64,000 bases of DNA from an uncultured Atopobiaceae bacterium (GCA_963931285.1 OZ006999.1:51937-115936), one strand, 5' to 3'. Shown: positions 31,654-42,130, counted from the first letter of the stretch. A program made the numbers and translations. Notes: generated from the letters alone by a model not told the origin.

Positions 31654-32540
31654 AGCAGCACGTCCCTTCTGCGCGCGAGAGCCCACGCTATGGCGGCCGC
31701 CACCACAAGCGCCACCGCAACGGGCGCGCACGCCATGAAGGCGAGCGAGCCCTCGGACGTGGCGCTGGGGTAGAGGTAGCTCGAGAGCGAGGCCCACCTC
31801 GGCAGCACAAACAGGGAGAGCAGGTAGACGAGCGTCGGCGCGCCGAGCACCACCAGGCGGCTCTTCCTCGTGTAGAGCGAGACGGCCACGGACGCAGCCG
31901 CCATGATAGCCGCCCAGAGGGCGTCGTAGCAGATGAAGATTAGGTTATAGAGGTAGGGGTGCGACCACCGAAGGTCCCAGAGCGGGAGCTCCATCGAACC
32001 GGTGCCAAAGACGTCCGGCATGGAGGCGGCGTCGTTGAAGCTCGTGACAAAGCCGTCGGGCGCGCTCACGGGAAAGACGAGAAGCGCCAGCGCCTGCGAG
32101 ACGAGCAGCGGCACGAGCACGACGACAAAGGCGGCGAGCGCCGCCGCACCCGCTGTCGCCCAGACGTAGCGGGCGGTGGTCGTCCTCGTTGCCACGCAGC
32201 CTGCCGCACGGCATCGCACGTCAAGGTAGAGCGTGTCGGCGAAGGCTGAGGACGAGACGATGAAGAGCAGGAAGAAGACGAGCACCGCCCAGGGCGCCAC
32301 GCTGAGATAGTCCGCGTTTCCCGCCCAGCCCACGGCAGCGGAGGGGAGCTCGCCCGCGTCGTGCCCCCAGAAGGAGGCGAGCGTCTGGGCAAAGGAGGCG
32401 GCCACCACCAGCAGCATGAAGAGGAAGGCGTAGCGGGCCATCCGGGAATGCGCGGCCCGTGCGAGCTGCATGCGGAAGATGCCGTGGCCCCTCGCCCTGC
32501 GCCTCGCGTGACGTCCCGTGGATGAAGCCCTCCGTGCCAT
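31650..32540 (-). CDS. Membrane protein, ABC permease-like
   Basis: GGAGGT RBS, multiple TM helices, ends RRRDVLL. Confidence 0.8.
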   Translation of the reverse strand: MARRASSTGRHARRRARGHGIFRMQLARAAHSRMARYAFLFMLLVVAASFAQTLASFWGHDAGELPSAAVGWAGNADYLSVAPWAVLVFFLLFIVSSSAFADTLYLDVRCRAAGCVATRTTTARYVWATAGAAALAAFVVVLVPLLVSQALALLVFPVSAPDGFVTSFNDAASMPDVFGTGSMELPLWDLRWSHPYLYNLIFICYDALWAAIMAAASVAVSLYTRKSRLVVLGAPTLVYLLSLFVLPRWASLSSYLYPSATSEGSLAFMACAPVAVALVVAAAIAWALARRRDVLL

Positions 32541-32682
32541 GCGCCACCTCCCATTCCGTTGTCTCGAGCGTATGCGCCTCCCGCGCGCGAGACCAGTGAC
32601 CGATTTGTTATATGGGCAGGTCGCCGTGTGACGGATGTGTCACTGGTGCCGGTCCTTCTCGTGCTGCAAGATGGTATGAGGG

Positions 32683-35274
32683 GTGCCCATGTCCATCCAG
32701 CTCAGCGTCTTCACGCGCTACGCCATTCGCTCGCTCGCCGCCAACCGCACGCGCACGGTCGTGACCGCGGCGGGCGTGGCGCTCGCGTGCGCGCTGCTCA
32801 CCTTCGTGCTGGTGCTGGTTGGGAGTCTGCGCGCCTCGCTCGTCGCGAGCGAGGGGGCGTCCGAGGGCGCCTGGCAGGTGAGCTTCTCGCAGATCGGCGA
32901 GGATCAGCTCGCCCGCGTCGAGGACGTGCTCGGCGGCCCTCTCGCCGTGCGACGAGACCTCGGCGCTGCGCTCACGGGAGATGCAGAGGCGCCGCTGCTC
33001 AACGTCGTGACCACGCTGACGGGCGAGAAGGACCTCGTCGTGGAGCCGCCTCTCGCGGACGGCCGCTGGCCGGAGGCGCCGGGCGAGATCGCGGTGCCCT
33101 CGCACCGGGCGAAGACGTGGCCCGTGGGCTCGACGGTCGAGCTCTCGCTCGGGCGTCGCCAACGGACGTCGGGCGGCATTTCGGCTTACGAATACCCCCC
33201 GAGCTATGAGCTTGACGAGAAGGGCGTCGCGCAGCTAGCCGAGGAGCTCGTGGATGTGGGCGAGCCGCGGGCCCTGACCGTCGTAGGCATCGTCGACGGT
33301 GACTCGGACGTGGCCTACGTCTGCCCGGACGAGCCGGGCTTTGGGCCGGAGCCGCTGATCTTTGCGTGGGCGGCGCCCGACCTTGGCGTAGACGAACTCG
33401 ACCAGATGACGGAGGGCATCTGCGAGCACGGCGGGTACTCCTCCTATCACAACGCTCTCTTGGAGTATCTGAGCCTGGGAAACAGTCGCGGCTTTGACAT
33501 GAGCGTCGGGTTTATTGGCGCGTGCGCCTCTGCCCTGGCGTGCCTCGTGACCGTCACGCTCATATCGGGCGCCTTCCGCGTCTCGGTCGCGGAGCGCGTG
33601 CGCCAGTTCGGCCTGCTCTCCTCTGCGGGGGCGTCCCGCCGCCAGCTCGTGCGCGTCGTTCTCGCGGAGGCGGCGCTGCTCTGCGCCGTTGGAGTCCTTG
33701 CGGGGATTGTGCTCGGCGTAGCCTTGGATGCTGCGGCGCTGTGGCTCGCCGCGGACGGCACGACACTGGTGACGGGCGGGCTGCCGATTGCGTTGAGTGT
33801 GGAGCCCGCTGCGCTTCTCGTTGCTGCGGGCGTATCCGTGATCGCCGTACTTGCCGGTGCGCTTGCACCCGCGCTCCGTGCGAGCCGTCTGCCCGCCGTC
33901 GAAGCCATGCGCGGGGTAGAAGCCAACCTGGGCTCGTCGGTGGGGAGAGGGCCCGGCGCTCGGACAGCTTCGGCGCACAGAGCGCGCCTGCAGAACTCGC
34001 GGTGGACCCTCTCCCCACCGACGAGCCGCGAGGTTCCCGTTCTTCTCGCCCGGCGATTTCGCCGTTCGGGAAGGGCGCGCGGAGGGGCAACGGTGGCTGC
34101 GCTCGCGCTGTCCGTGACGCTTCTGGTGGGCGGCGGCGTCCTGGCGACCTACCAGGGAGGGAACATCTTCGAGGGGACGCCTGCGGATGTGAGCGCGAAG
34201 GTGAGCTCCGAGGGAGCTGCGGCTGCGCTGGGGGCCAAGAGCGAGCTTGTCTATCTGCCGGCGCTGCTCGAGCGGCTGCGGGCACAGGACGGCATTAACG
34301 ATGCGGGATTCGTGTCAAAGACGCAGGTCTCTCTGAACCTTGACGACAGTGCGGTGGTAGAGTGGGCCGACGAGGAGCTCTGGCGTCCCGACGGCAACGT
34401 CTTTGGCACGGTCCTCTACGTCGACGACGCCACGTGGGCGCGTCTGTGCGAGGGGGTGGGCGCCGCGGCGGATCCGGGAGGTTGCATCGTCGTGAACGAG
34501 GTGACCGACGCGGACCGCGCGGGGGAGCGGCCTTTTTCCGAGGCGCTTCTCGGCACGAGGCTCTCCGTCGTCGGGGCGGGCGTGTCGTGGGAGGTCGTGG
34601 GGCTTCTCGACGGTGTGCCGGGGTGGTTCTGGCTCACGCGTGGCGAGCTTGAGAGCGTGCTTCCCACGGTGCTCGCATCGGCGTCCACCGTCGCGGACGT
34701 TGACCGGGATCTCGTTGGGTACGGCTTCGTCACGCTCTACGCCACGGCGGAGGACTCGGTGCGCGCCGCTGAGGACGTCGAGCGTCTGCTCGAGGAGGAT
34801 CCCGCGCTCGCCGCCTTGGACGGGGCCGTGGACGAGCGGGCTGAGGCGCATCAGGCCCGGGTGCTCTACGCGGCGCTGGAGGTTCTGCTCTCGGGCGTCG
34901 GCATCGTCGCCGCCGCGGTCGGCCTGGCGAGCGCCTTCAACGCCTCCGCCGCGAGCGTGCTGCTGCGCTCGCACGACTTTGCCGTGCTGCGCTCCGTGGG
35001 ATGGGGGGAGCGGGCGCTGCGGCGGATGCTCGCGTACGAGTGCGCGCGGACGGCGGCGTGTGGCCTTGCGCTCGGTCTTGCCGTGGCGCTCGCGTTTGAC
35101 GTCTGGCTCTACGTGCGGGGCGGCATCAGCGTGCGGAGCCTGGGCCTCGTCGTTCCCTGGGCGCACGTGGCGGGGGCGGTGGTGCTGGTTGCGCTCGTCC
35201 TTCTCGCCAGCTGCGTGTACGCGATGCACCGGCTGCGGGACGTTCCGCTGCTCGACGCGCTCCGCGCGGACTGA
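32683..35274 (+). CDS. FtsX/MacB-like ABC permease
   Basis: ANRTRTVVT, ERVRQFGLLSSAGASRRQL and HDFAVLRSVG repeats typical of FtsX domains. Confidence 0.88.
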   Translation: MPMSIQLSVFTRYAIRSLAANRTRTVVTAAGVALACALLTFVLVLVGSLRASLVASEGASEGAWQVSFSQIGEDQLARVEDVLGGPLAVRRDLGAALTGDAEAPLLNVVTTLTGEKDLVVEPPLADGRWPEAPGEIAVPSHRAKTWPVGSTVELSLGRRQRTSGGISAYEYPPSYELDEKGVAQLAEELVDVGEPRALTVVGIVDGDSDVAYVCPDEPGFGPEPLIFAWAAPDLGVDELDQMTEGICEHGGYSSYHNALLEYLSLGNSRGFDMSVGFIGACASALACLVTVTLISGAFRVSVAERVRQFGLLSSAGASRRQLVRVVLAEAALLCAVGVLAGIVLGVALDAAALWLAADGTTLVTGGLPIALSVEPAALLVAAGVSVIAVLAGALAPALRASRLPAVEAMRGVEANLGSSVGRGPGARTASAHRARLQNSRWTLSPPTSREVPVLLARRFRRSGRARGGATVAALALSVTLLVGGGVLATYQGGNIFEGTPADVSAKVSSEGAAAALGAKSELVYLPALLERLRAQDGINDAGFVSKTQVSLNLDDSAVVEWADEELWRPDGNVFGTVLYVDDATWARLCEGVGAAADPGGCIVVNEVTDADRAGERPFSEALLGTRLSVVGAGVSWEVVGLLDGVPGWFWLTRGELESVLPTVLASASTVADVDRDLVGYGFVTLYATAEDSVRAAEDVERLLEEDPALAALDGAVDERAEAHQARVLYAALEVLLSGVGIVAAAVGLASAFNASAASVLLRSHDFAVLRSVGWGERALRRMLAYECARTAACGLALGLAVALAFDVWLYVRGGISVRSLGLVVPWAHVAGAVVLVALVLLASCVYAMHRLRDVPLLDALRAD

Positions 35275-35405
35275 TTTCCGTCACGAGCCTCTTGCCAACT
35301 TTGCGGCACCGTTCAATCGCCCTATTTCTCCGGACAAAATGGCCTCCTCAGACGACCAGTTTTGTCCGCAGAAACATGGCGATTGAATTACTGCCCGAAC
35401 TGAGG

Positions 35406-36608
35406 TCAGCGATCGCGTTGGTCCGTCGCCACAGGGTCCGTATACGCTAGTAGCCGTTTTAGCGCTGCGACGATCCCCTGGTAGCGCGGGTCGTCGCCCG
35501 CGAGCTCGCGCCACTCGGGGGACGTGACCTCCTCGACGAGCGCGCGGCGCATGAGCGCGGCGGCCTCGTTTGCCTGGCGCTCCTTGTGCTTGGCCCAGGC
35601 CTCGCCGGCGCGGGAGGGGTCGAGGCGGTCGGCCATGCGGTCCCAGAGCGGGGAGCTGGACGGATCCGGATTCGCCGGGATCGCCGCCAGGGCATCGACC
35701 GCATGCGCAAGCGCCTCGAGCGCCCCGTCCTTCTCACCTGCGCGACGCAGGGTCTCCGCGACCTCGAGGGACATCGTCACCGAGAAGAACGGGCTCACCG
35801 CGCCCATGTCGAGCGCCTCGAAGACCGCCTTGGCGGCGCCACCTGCCGCGAGTGCGAACGTGGCGTCGTCACGCATGCCCGCCTCCTGCATGAGCGACGA
35901 GAGCACGAAGCTCGCCGCGCGCAGGCGCTCGGCCTGCAGGAGCTCGAGGGCCTCGCCGTCACGACCGAGCTTGCGGTAGGCAGAGGCCAAAAGCATCGTA
36001 GGGGCGCCCGCGTCCTGTCGGTGCACGAGCGGCTCCAGCAGCGCCGCCGCCTCCTCGAGGCGTCCCGCCTGGAAGAGCGTCGTGGCCTTCTGCTGCTGCG
36101 CGAGGTAGAGGGTCGACGGGTCCGTTGCCACCTCGAGCACGCGGTCGATCAAGGCAAGCGCCTCGTCGACAAGCGCGTCAGCGTCGGTCGCGTCGTTTCT
36201 CTCGCCCGCCGACGCGAACGGCGTTGCCATACCACCCGCCCACACCGTGAGGAGCGACGCCAGCATGAGCAGCAGATTCGCGTCCGAGCAGTGCTCCGCC
36301 GCGAGCGCGCGCAGCCGCTCGTGCGCCGTGGCGAGGTCCTTCTCGCTCAGAGCGTAGACCTCGGCGTAGAGAGCGGCGGACTCCTCCTGGGTGAGCTCGT
36401 CGCGCCAGTCGAAGAGCTCGTCCAGGGTGAGCGAGAAGTACGCGGCGATGCGCGGCAGCAGGCTCACGTCCGGCAGGCTCTGCCCGAGCTCCCATTTGCT
36501 CACTGCGGCCTTCGATACGCCGAGGTGGGCAGCGAGTGCCTCCTGCGTGACGCCCCTGCCACGGCGTTCCCGCGCGATCGTGCGGCCTATGTTGACGGTT
36601 GCGTTCAT
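35406..36608 (-). CDS. XRE-family HTH regulator with helical-repeat (TPR-like) C-terminus
   Basis: RRGRGVTQEALAAHLGVSKAAVSKWELG followed by an all-helical region. Confidence 0.88.
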   Translation of the reverse strand: MNATVNIGRTIARERRGRGVTQEALAAHLGVSKAAVSKWELGQSLPDVSLLPRIAAYFSLTLDELFDWRDELTQEESAALYAEVYALSEKDLATAHERLRALAAEHCSDANLLLMLASLLTVWAGGMATPFASAGERNDATDADALVDEALALIDRVLEVATDPSTLYLAQQQKATTLFQAGRLEEAAALLEPLVHRQDAGAPTMLLASAYRKLGRDGEALELLQAERLRAASFVLSSLMQEAGMRDDATFALAAGGAAKAVFEALDMGAVSPFFSVTMSLEVAETLRRAGEKDGALEALAHAVDALAAIPANPDPSSSPLWDRMADRLDPSRAGEAWAKHKERQANEAAALMRRALVEEVTSPEWRELAGDDPRYQGIVAALKRLLAYTDPVATDQRDR

Positions 36609-36732
36609 GATGCCCCCTCGACGTGGCGGCTTCCGCTATCACCAGTATGAGGTCGAGCGCAAGTGGAATCAAAGGAGCGTTGGTTGACATCTTGCATCAA
36701 ATGTCAACGAGAGTGATACCGCATTACGATGT

Positions 36733-37626
36733 CTACCCCTCGATGCGGAAGTGCCTGAGCAGCTCGGCAAAGGCGTCCTGAGCCGCGAGACACGTGTCGA
36801 GAAGGTAGCCCCGCTCCCGGCCCCACTGCGAGAGCCCGCGATAGTAGAACAGCTTTACCTCGTCCGTGATGATGAAGGGCGTGATGTCGTTGCGCAGGCA
36901 CTCCTTGAACATGACGAGCCTGCCCACGCGGCCATTCCCGTCCTGGAAGGGATGGATGGCCTCGAACTCGGCGTGGAACGCGACCACGTCCTCGAGCGTC
37001 CTTATCGGCAGAGCCTCGTACTTCTCAATGAGCTCCGCCATGCGGCCCGCGACCTCCTCGGGGTCCGCCGTCTCGCGTCCGCCCACCTCGTTGGGAAGGC
37101 GCTTGTAGTCGCCGACCGCGAACCAGCCCTTGCGGCTGTCGGTTGTTCCCTGCTTGAGCTGGGCGTGCAGGCCCTTGATGAGGCGCTCAGTCAGGTGCCG
37201 GTTGGCGGAGTCGATGATCGTGTCGACGCACCGGAAGTGGTTTGCGGTCTCCAGGATGTCGTCCACGCGCACCGTAGCCGCGACGCTGATCGTGTTGGTC
37301 TCGAAGATGAGCCGGGTCTGCTCGTGCGTGAGTCGGCTCCCCTCGATGTGGTTGGAGTTGTAGGCAAACTCAACCTGGACGTGATGGTAGATGCCCCCGG
37401 ATGTTCCGGCGGTTTTCTCCTCGCGCAGCGCGTCGAGAAGCGCGCGCGGCTTCGTCTGCGTTCGCGGCCTGCGGCCCGGACGTTCGGCGCCCTCCGGGAT
37501 GGCCCACGTCTTTCCAATAAGCTCGGCGCCTGGGATGCGGCCATCGGCACAGTAGTTGCGTACCGTGCGCTCGGAGACGCCCCAGAGCCGCGCGGCTTCA
37601 GCAACCGTGAGAAATGTCATGGCCAT
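36733..37626 (-). CDS. Fic-domain protein with N-terminal HTH
   Basis: LTVAEAARLWGVSERTVRNYC (HTH); YNSNHIEG; HPFQDGNGRVGR catalytic motif. Confidence 0.93.
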   Translation of the reverse strand: MAMTFLTVAEAARLWGVSERTVRNYCADGRIPGAELIGKTWAIPEGAERPGRRPRTQTKPRALLDALREEKTAGTSGGIYHHVQVEFAYNSNHIEGSRLTHEQTRLIFETNTISVAATVRVDDILETANHFRCVDTIIDSANRHLTERLIKGLHAQLKQGTTDSRKGWFAVGDYKRLPNEVGGRETADPEEVAGRMAELIEKYEALPIRTLEDVVAFHAEFEAIHPFQDGNGRVGRLVMFKECLRNDITPFIITDEVKLFYYRGLSQWGRERGYLLDTCLAAQDAFAELLRHFRIEG

Positions 37627-37823
37627 CCTCCGTTAACGGCAGACTAAGTGAAAGATAAGTATACTTCTTAGGCGAATAGTTTGCCGATAACGGAAATGGA
37701 GCCAAAAGCTCATCTCCGCGCCCGTTCGGGTTGTCACGTTTCACGCTCGAGCGTGTTTAGTAGGTGACGGGATGGCGGCCGCGTCCCGGAGAAGAAGAGA
37801 CGGACATGAGAGGAGGCTGGCCG

Positions 37824-38351
37824 ATGCAGATCCCCCGCAATGCACCCGACCGCGACCCCGAGCGGCTCGTGCGCGACTATGCCGACCTCGTCCTGCGCGT
37901 GTGCTACACCTACCTGCGCTCGACGGCCGACGCCGAGGACGTCTGCCAGGACACGCTCGTGAAGCTGCTCCTGCGCGAGGAGCCGTTCCACGACCCCGGG
38001 CACGAGCGCGCGTGGGTCGTCCGCGTGGCGATAAACGCCTGCAAGAACCTGCTGCGGGACCGCGGCGCGCACCCCGAGGCGGACCTCACCGCCGTGCCGG
38101 AGCCGGCGGCGACGCAGGCGCCCGGCGAGGACGCGCTCCGGAGGCGCGACGAGCGCGTGCTCGGCGCCGTGATGGCGCTCCCGCTGCCGCAGCGCGAGGC
38201 GGTCTACCTGCACTACTACGAGGGCTACCCAACGCGCGAGGTCGCGCGGATCGTGGGCGCCACGGACGCCGCCGTGCGCCAGCGCCTGAGCCGCGCCCGC
38301 GCGAGCCTCAGAGACGACCTGAAGGGAGACTACGATGACTTCCCCGCTTGA
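37824..38351 (+). CDS. ECF RNA polymerase sigma factor
   Basis: DAEDVCQDTLVKL, AWVVRVAINAC, LPLPQREAVYLHYYEG..VRQRLSRAR. Confidence 0.92.
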   Translation: MQIPRNAPDRDPERLVRDYADLVLRVCYTYLRSTADAEDVCQDTLVKLLLREEPFHDPGHERAWVVRVAINACKNLLRDRGAHPEADLTAVPEPAATQAPGEDALRRRDERVLGAVMALPLPQREAVYLHYYEGYPTREVARIVGATDAAVRQRLSRARASLRDDLKGDYDDFPA

Positions 38352-39474
38352 TAGCTACACCGCCTCGATGGGCGACCTGCACTTTTCCAACGAGGCAAAG
38401 GCGCGCATTGCCGAGAGCCTGCGCGCGGCCGCAGCCGCAAGAGACGCCGAGAAGAACGCGCAGCCCGCGGCCCCTGCCGAGGTCCTGACCATGCCCGCGC
38501 GCCGCCCTGCCCGTCCCCATGCGCGCCGCTGGGTGCGCGTCGCCGCCGGGCTTGCCCTGGCGCTCGTGCTGGGCGGGGGCGCCACCGTCGCCGTGGCGGT
38601 GGGCGTGCTGCCCAACCCGGCCGACGTGCTCTCGGACGTCTTTGGCGCCGCCCCGGCCCAGACCGAGCTCCTGAACGACGTGGGTCGGCCGATCGGCGCG
38701 AGCGCGACCTCGAACGGCGTCACCGTGACGGCCGAGGCCGTAGTGGGCGACCGGTCGAACTTCACCGTCGTGTACGACGTCGAGTTCGACGATCCCTCCG
38801 CGCTCGAGGGGATCGAGCCCGGCGAGGACGGCACTTTGCCGCTCGTGGCCGAGGCCACCCTCTACGTCGACGGCGTCAACGGCGGGGGCGGAGGGTCCTG
38901 GTTTTTCGACGCCGACCCGGGCGACGGAACCATCCAGTACGCCGAGACCATGGGCTTCAGCACCTGGAACGGCGCCGGCATCATCGGGCGCACCATGCGC
39001 TTCTGGATGAGCGAAATCAGGGCCTACGATGCCGAGGGTGGGTACACGACCCTGGTGACCGGCAACTGGAGCCTCAAGTTCGAGATGAACTACGTTGACA
39101 CGACCGTCGACCTCCCGGCCGGGCAGGAGACGACCTGGCAGGGCGCGGGCGTCACGGTCGACGCCGTGGCGGTGTCCTCCGTCGGCGTCACGGTCGACTA
39201 CACGATCGACCGCCAGATCGGTGACCTCGGTCCCTCGGGCCAGCTGAGCGACGAGGCCGAGGCGAAGATGGAGGCGGTCACCGGCCTGCCCGTCACCGTG
39301 ACCTTCGCTGACGGCACCACGTTCGATGCGACCAACGCCAACGCGCACGCGGAGGAACAGAACGACGGTTCGAGCGCCGTCACCAAGACGGTGACCTACG
39401 ACCGCATCGTTGCCGCGGGCGACATCGTGAGCGTAACCGTGGGCGACGTGGAGATTCCCGTGAGCGCCGCGTAG
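38335..39474 (+). CDS. Putative anti-sigma factor (DUF4179-like)
   Basis: Overlaps the sigma stop; short cytoplasmic part, one TM helix, beta-rich exterior. Confidence 0.8.
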   Translation: MTSPLDSYTASMGDLHFSNEAKARIAESLRAAAAARDAEKNAQPAAPAEVLTMPARRPARPHARRWVRVAAGLALALVLGGGATVAVAVGVLPNPADVLSDVFGAAPAQTELLNDVGRPIGASATSNGVTVTAEAVVGDRSNFTVVYDVEFDDPSALEGIEPGEDGTLPLVAEATLYVDGVNGGGGGSWFFDADPGDGTIQYAETMGFSTWNGAGIIGRTMRFWMSEIRAYDAEGGYTTLVTGNWSLKFEMNYVDTTVDLPAGQETTWQGAGVTVDAVAVSSVGVTVDYTIDRQIGDLGPSGQLSDEAEAKMEAVTGLPVTVTFADGTTFDATNANAHAEEQNDGSSAVTKTVTYDRIVAAGDIVSVTVGDVEIPVSAA

Positions 39475-39555
39475 GGCTGATGCAGCTAGTGATGAGAGGG
39501 GCGAGTCGCCGGGAGCGGCCCGCCCCTTCTTGCTGTCTATTCGGGGCGTGGGCGG

Positions 39556-40047
39556 TCAAACGTAGCCCTTGTGCCGAAGGACCAGTTCGGTCTCCTCCAT
39601 GGACCCCTCGTCGAAGGTGACCCCGGTCCTCTCGAACCCCATGTGCTCGTAGAAGCCGAGTGCGGCGGCGTTCGAGGAGAATGCGCTCAGCACGACGTCT
39701 CGCTCGCCGATGCGCGCGAGGGCCGCCTCAAGGAGTGCGCGGCCGACGCCTCGGCCCTGGAACTCCCGGAGGACATAGAGGTTGCCGACCTCGGCCGCGC
39801 CGTCGACGCTGAAGTGCGAGCGGCAGCGATTCGACCATGCGATATAGCCGACGACCCTTCCATCGACCTTCGCCACGAGCGTGCGCAGGCTGGTGAGCCG
39901 GCGAGTGACTTCCTCGGCAAATCGCGGCGTGATTGTGTCGTTGAGCTCGTCCGGCAGCAGTCCCCGGTATGTCTCCTGCCACGTCTGCGCATGGACTGCC
40001 GCCTTTTCCGGGATGTCCTCGGGGGCGAGGGGAAGTACCTGAGTCAT
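39556..40047 (-). CDS. GNAT acetyltransferase
   Basis: LYVLREFQGRGVGRALL, NAAALGFYEHMGF. Confidence 0.92.
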   Translation of the reverse strand: MTQVLPLAPEDIPEKAAVHAQTWQETYRGLLPDELNDTITPRFAEEVTRRLTSLRTLVAKVDGRVVGYIAWSNRCRSHFSVDGAAEVGNLYVLREFQGRGVGRALLEAALARIGERDVVLSAFSSNAAALGFYEHMGFERTGVTFDEGSMEETELVLRHKGYV

Positions 40048-40411
40048 GGGAGTCCCTTCGACGCGTCAATTATAGTGAAAGATGGGCGTCCGGTAACGCT
40101 TACCGCTGGAAGGTCGCTGCGCGGCCGACACATATGAGTGTCGGCGAGGAGTATCGGCATATTTGATGCTTTGAAGCGAGAAGTGCCGGGTCCTTCTCGG
40201 CGTTTGCCGAGAAGTGTGATCTTGGATGCCCTGATGAGCCGACACTTATAAGTGCCGGCAGGTAGCCTTTTGTCGCTCGCCTCCACTGGCCGAATAAGGC
40301 TTGCCAGTTTCCGAGCTGCATCTGTAGGGTGGTAGCGTACTGCACCCGGCGAAAGGTCGACATGCTCTAGGTCCTTCTCGACATATCGGTTCCGCCTGAT
40401 GGGAGAAGACC

Positions 40412-42130
40412 ATGAAGTCGACCATGTCCGCCGCCGCGCGCGACTACGTCCGCGCATTCTATCGCGACAACCGCCTCAACCTTGCCGCCGCCCTCGCGCT
40501 CACAGTGCTCGACGTGCCCGCCGCGCTCGTGGGGTCGTGGCTGCTCGGCCGAATCATCGACGTCATCGGCACCGGCGACGCCTCCGCCCTCGCGCGCCTG
40601 GCTGTGTTCTGCGCCGCGTTCCTCGTCGCGTCGCTCGCCGTGAGCCTGGGGATGTACCGCGCCAAGTGCGCCTTCATCTACCTTGCGCTCGCGCAGTACA
40701 AGTCGCTTGCGTTCGAGCGCCTCTCCGAGAAGGGCGTGCGCGCCTTTGCCCGCGAGAACACGGGAAGCTACCTCTCGCTGCTCACCAACGACGTGGCCTC
40801 CATCGAGGAGGGCTACCTCAAGCGCGGCTTCCTCATCGTCTACCACGCTCTTTTGCTCGCGGGGTCGCTCGCGATGATGCTCGCGCTCTCGGTGCCGCTC
40901 ACGGTGGTGGCCGTGGCGCTCAGCGCGGCGCCGCTCGCGGCGTCCGTGGCCATGGGGCGCGAGATGGGGGAGCGCGAGCAGGAGGTCTCGGCCGGCAACG
41001 AGCGCTTCGTCTCCCGCCTGCGCGACCTGCTCGCGGGCTTCTCCGTGGTCAAGGCGTTCCGCGCGGAGGCGGAGGCACGCCGGCTCTTCGACGTGGCCAA
41101 CGCCGAGGTGGAGGGCCTCAAGCGCCGACGCTACTGGTGGGAGTGCCTGATCGGCGCGGTGAGCGAGAACCTCTGCGGGTCGCTGCTGCAGTTCGGCGTC
41201 TTCCTCGCGGGCGCGTGGCTCGCCATCACGGGTGAGGTCACGGCCGGCACGGTGCTCGTCTTCGTGAACCTGTGCAACTACCTCGTCATGCCCATCAACG
41301 TGCTGCCGCAGTTCCTGGCGAGCCGCCGTGCCGCCGTCGGCCTCATCGAGAAGCTCGCGGAGGCTGCCGAGAGGAATGAGGCGCGCCGCGGCGAGAAGGT
41401 CGGGCGCGACCTTTCGGTCGGCGTCGTGCTGGACCATGTGGGGTTCGCCTACGGCGGCGGGGAGCCCGTGCTCTCCGACGTGAGCCTCGCGCTCGCCCCG
41501 GGTGGCCGCTACGCGCTCGTGGGCGCCTCCGGAAGCGGAAAGTCCACGCTGCTGAACCTCCTCATGGGCGGGGAGGACGGCTACGCGGGCAGCATCCGCG
41601 TGGGCGGACACGAGCTGCGCGACGTCGACGCGGGGAGCCTCTGCGACCTCATGGGCCTCATCGACCAGCAGGTCTTCCTCTTTGACGATACGCTGCGAAA
41701 CAACGTGACGATGTTCCGCGACTTCCCCGAGGAGGCCGTTCTGGACGCGTGCCGCCGTGCCGGTCTGGGAGAGCTCGTCGCCGAGAAGGGCCTGGGGTAC
41801 GAATGCGGCGAGGGCGGCGCCAACCTCTCGGGAGGCGAGCGGCAGCGCGTCTCCATCGCGCGTGCGCTGCTGCGAGAGACGCCGGTCCTTCTCGTCGACG
41901 AGGCGACGTCGGCGCTGGACGCGAGGACTGCCGCCGAGGTGGCGGGCGCGATCCTGGACCTCGAGGGGCCCACGCGCCTGGTGGTGACGCACCGGCTGGA
42001 GCCGGCGCTGCTCGAGCGCTACGACGAGATCTTCGTCCTGCGCGAGGGCCGCGTGGTCGAGCGGGGCGCCTACGCCGAGCTTGCGTCCGCGGGCGGCTAC
42101 TTCGCCGGCCTCTGCGCCGTGACGGGGTGA
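40412..42130 (+). CDS. ABC exporter (TMD+NBD fusion)
   Basis: TM domain, GASGSGKST, LSGGERQR, VDEAT. Confidence 0.93.
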   Translation: MKSTMSAAARDYVRAFYRDNRLNLAAALALTVLDVPAALVGSWLLGRIIDVIGTGDASALARLAVFCAAFLVASLAVSLGMYRAKCAFIYLALAQYKSLAFERLSEKGVRAFARENTGSYLSLLTNDVASIEEGYLKRGFLIVYHALLLAGSLAMMLALSVPLTVVAVALSAAPLAASVAMGREMGEREQEVSAGNERFVSRLRDLLAGFSVVKAFRAEAEARRLFDVANAEVEGLKRRRYWWECLIGAVSENLCGSLLQFGVFLAGAWLAITGEVTAGTVLVFVNLCNYLVMPINVLPQFLASRRAAVGLIEKLAEAAERNEARRGEKVGRDLSVGVVLDHVGFAYGGGEPVLSDVSLALAPGGRYALVGASGSGKSTLLNLLMGGEDGYAGSIRVGGHELRDVDAGSLCDLMGLIDQQVFLFDDTLRNNVTMFRDFPEEAVLDACRRAGLGELVAEKGLGYECGEGGANLSGGERQRVSIARALLRETPVLLVDEATSALDARTAAEVAGAILDLEGPTRLVVTHRLEPALLERYDEIFVLREGRVVERGAYAELASAGGYFAGLCAVTG

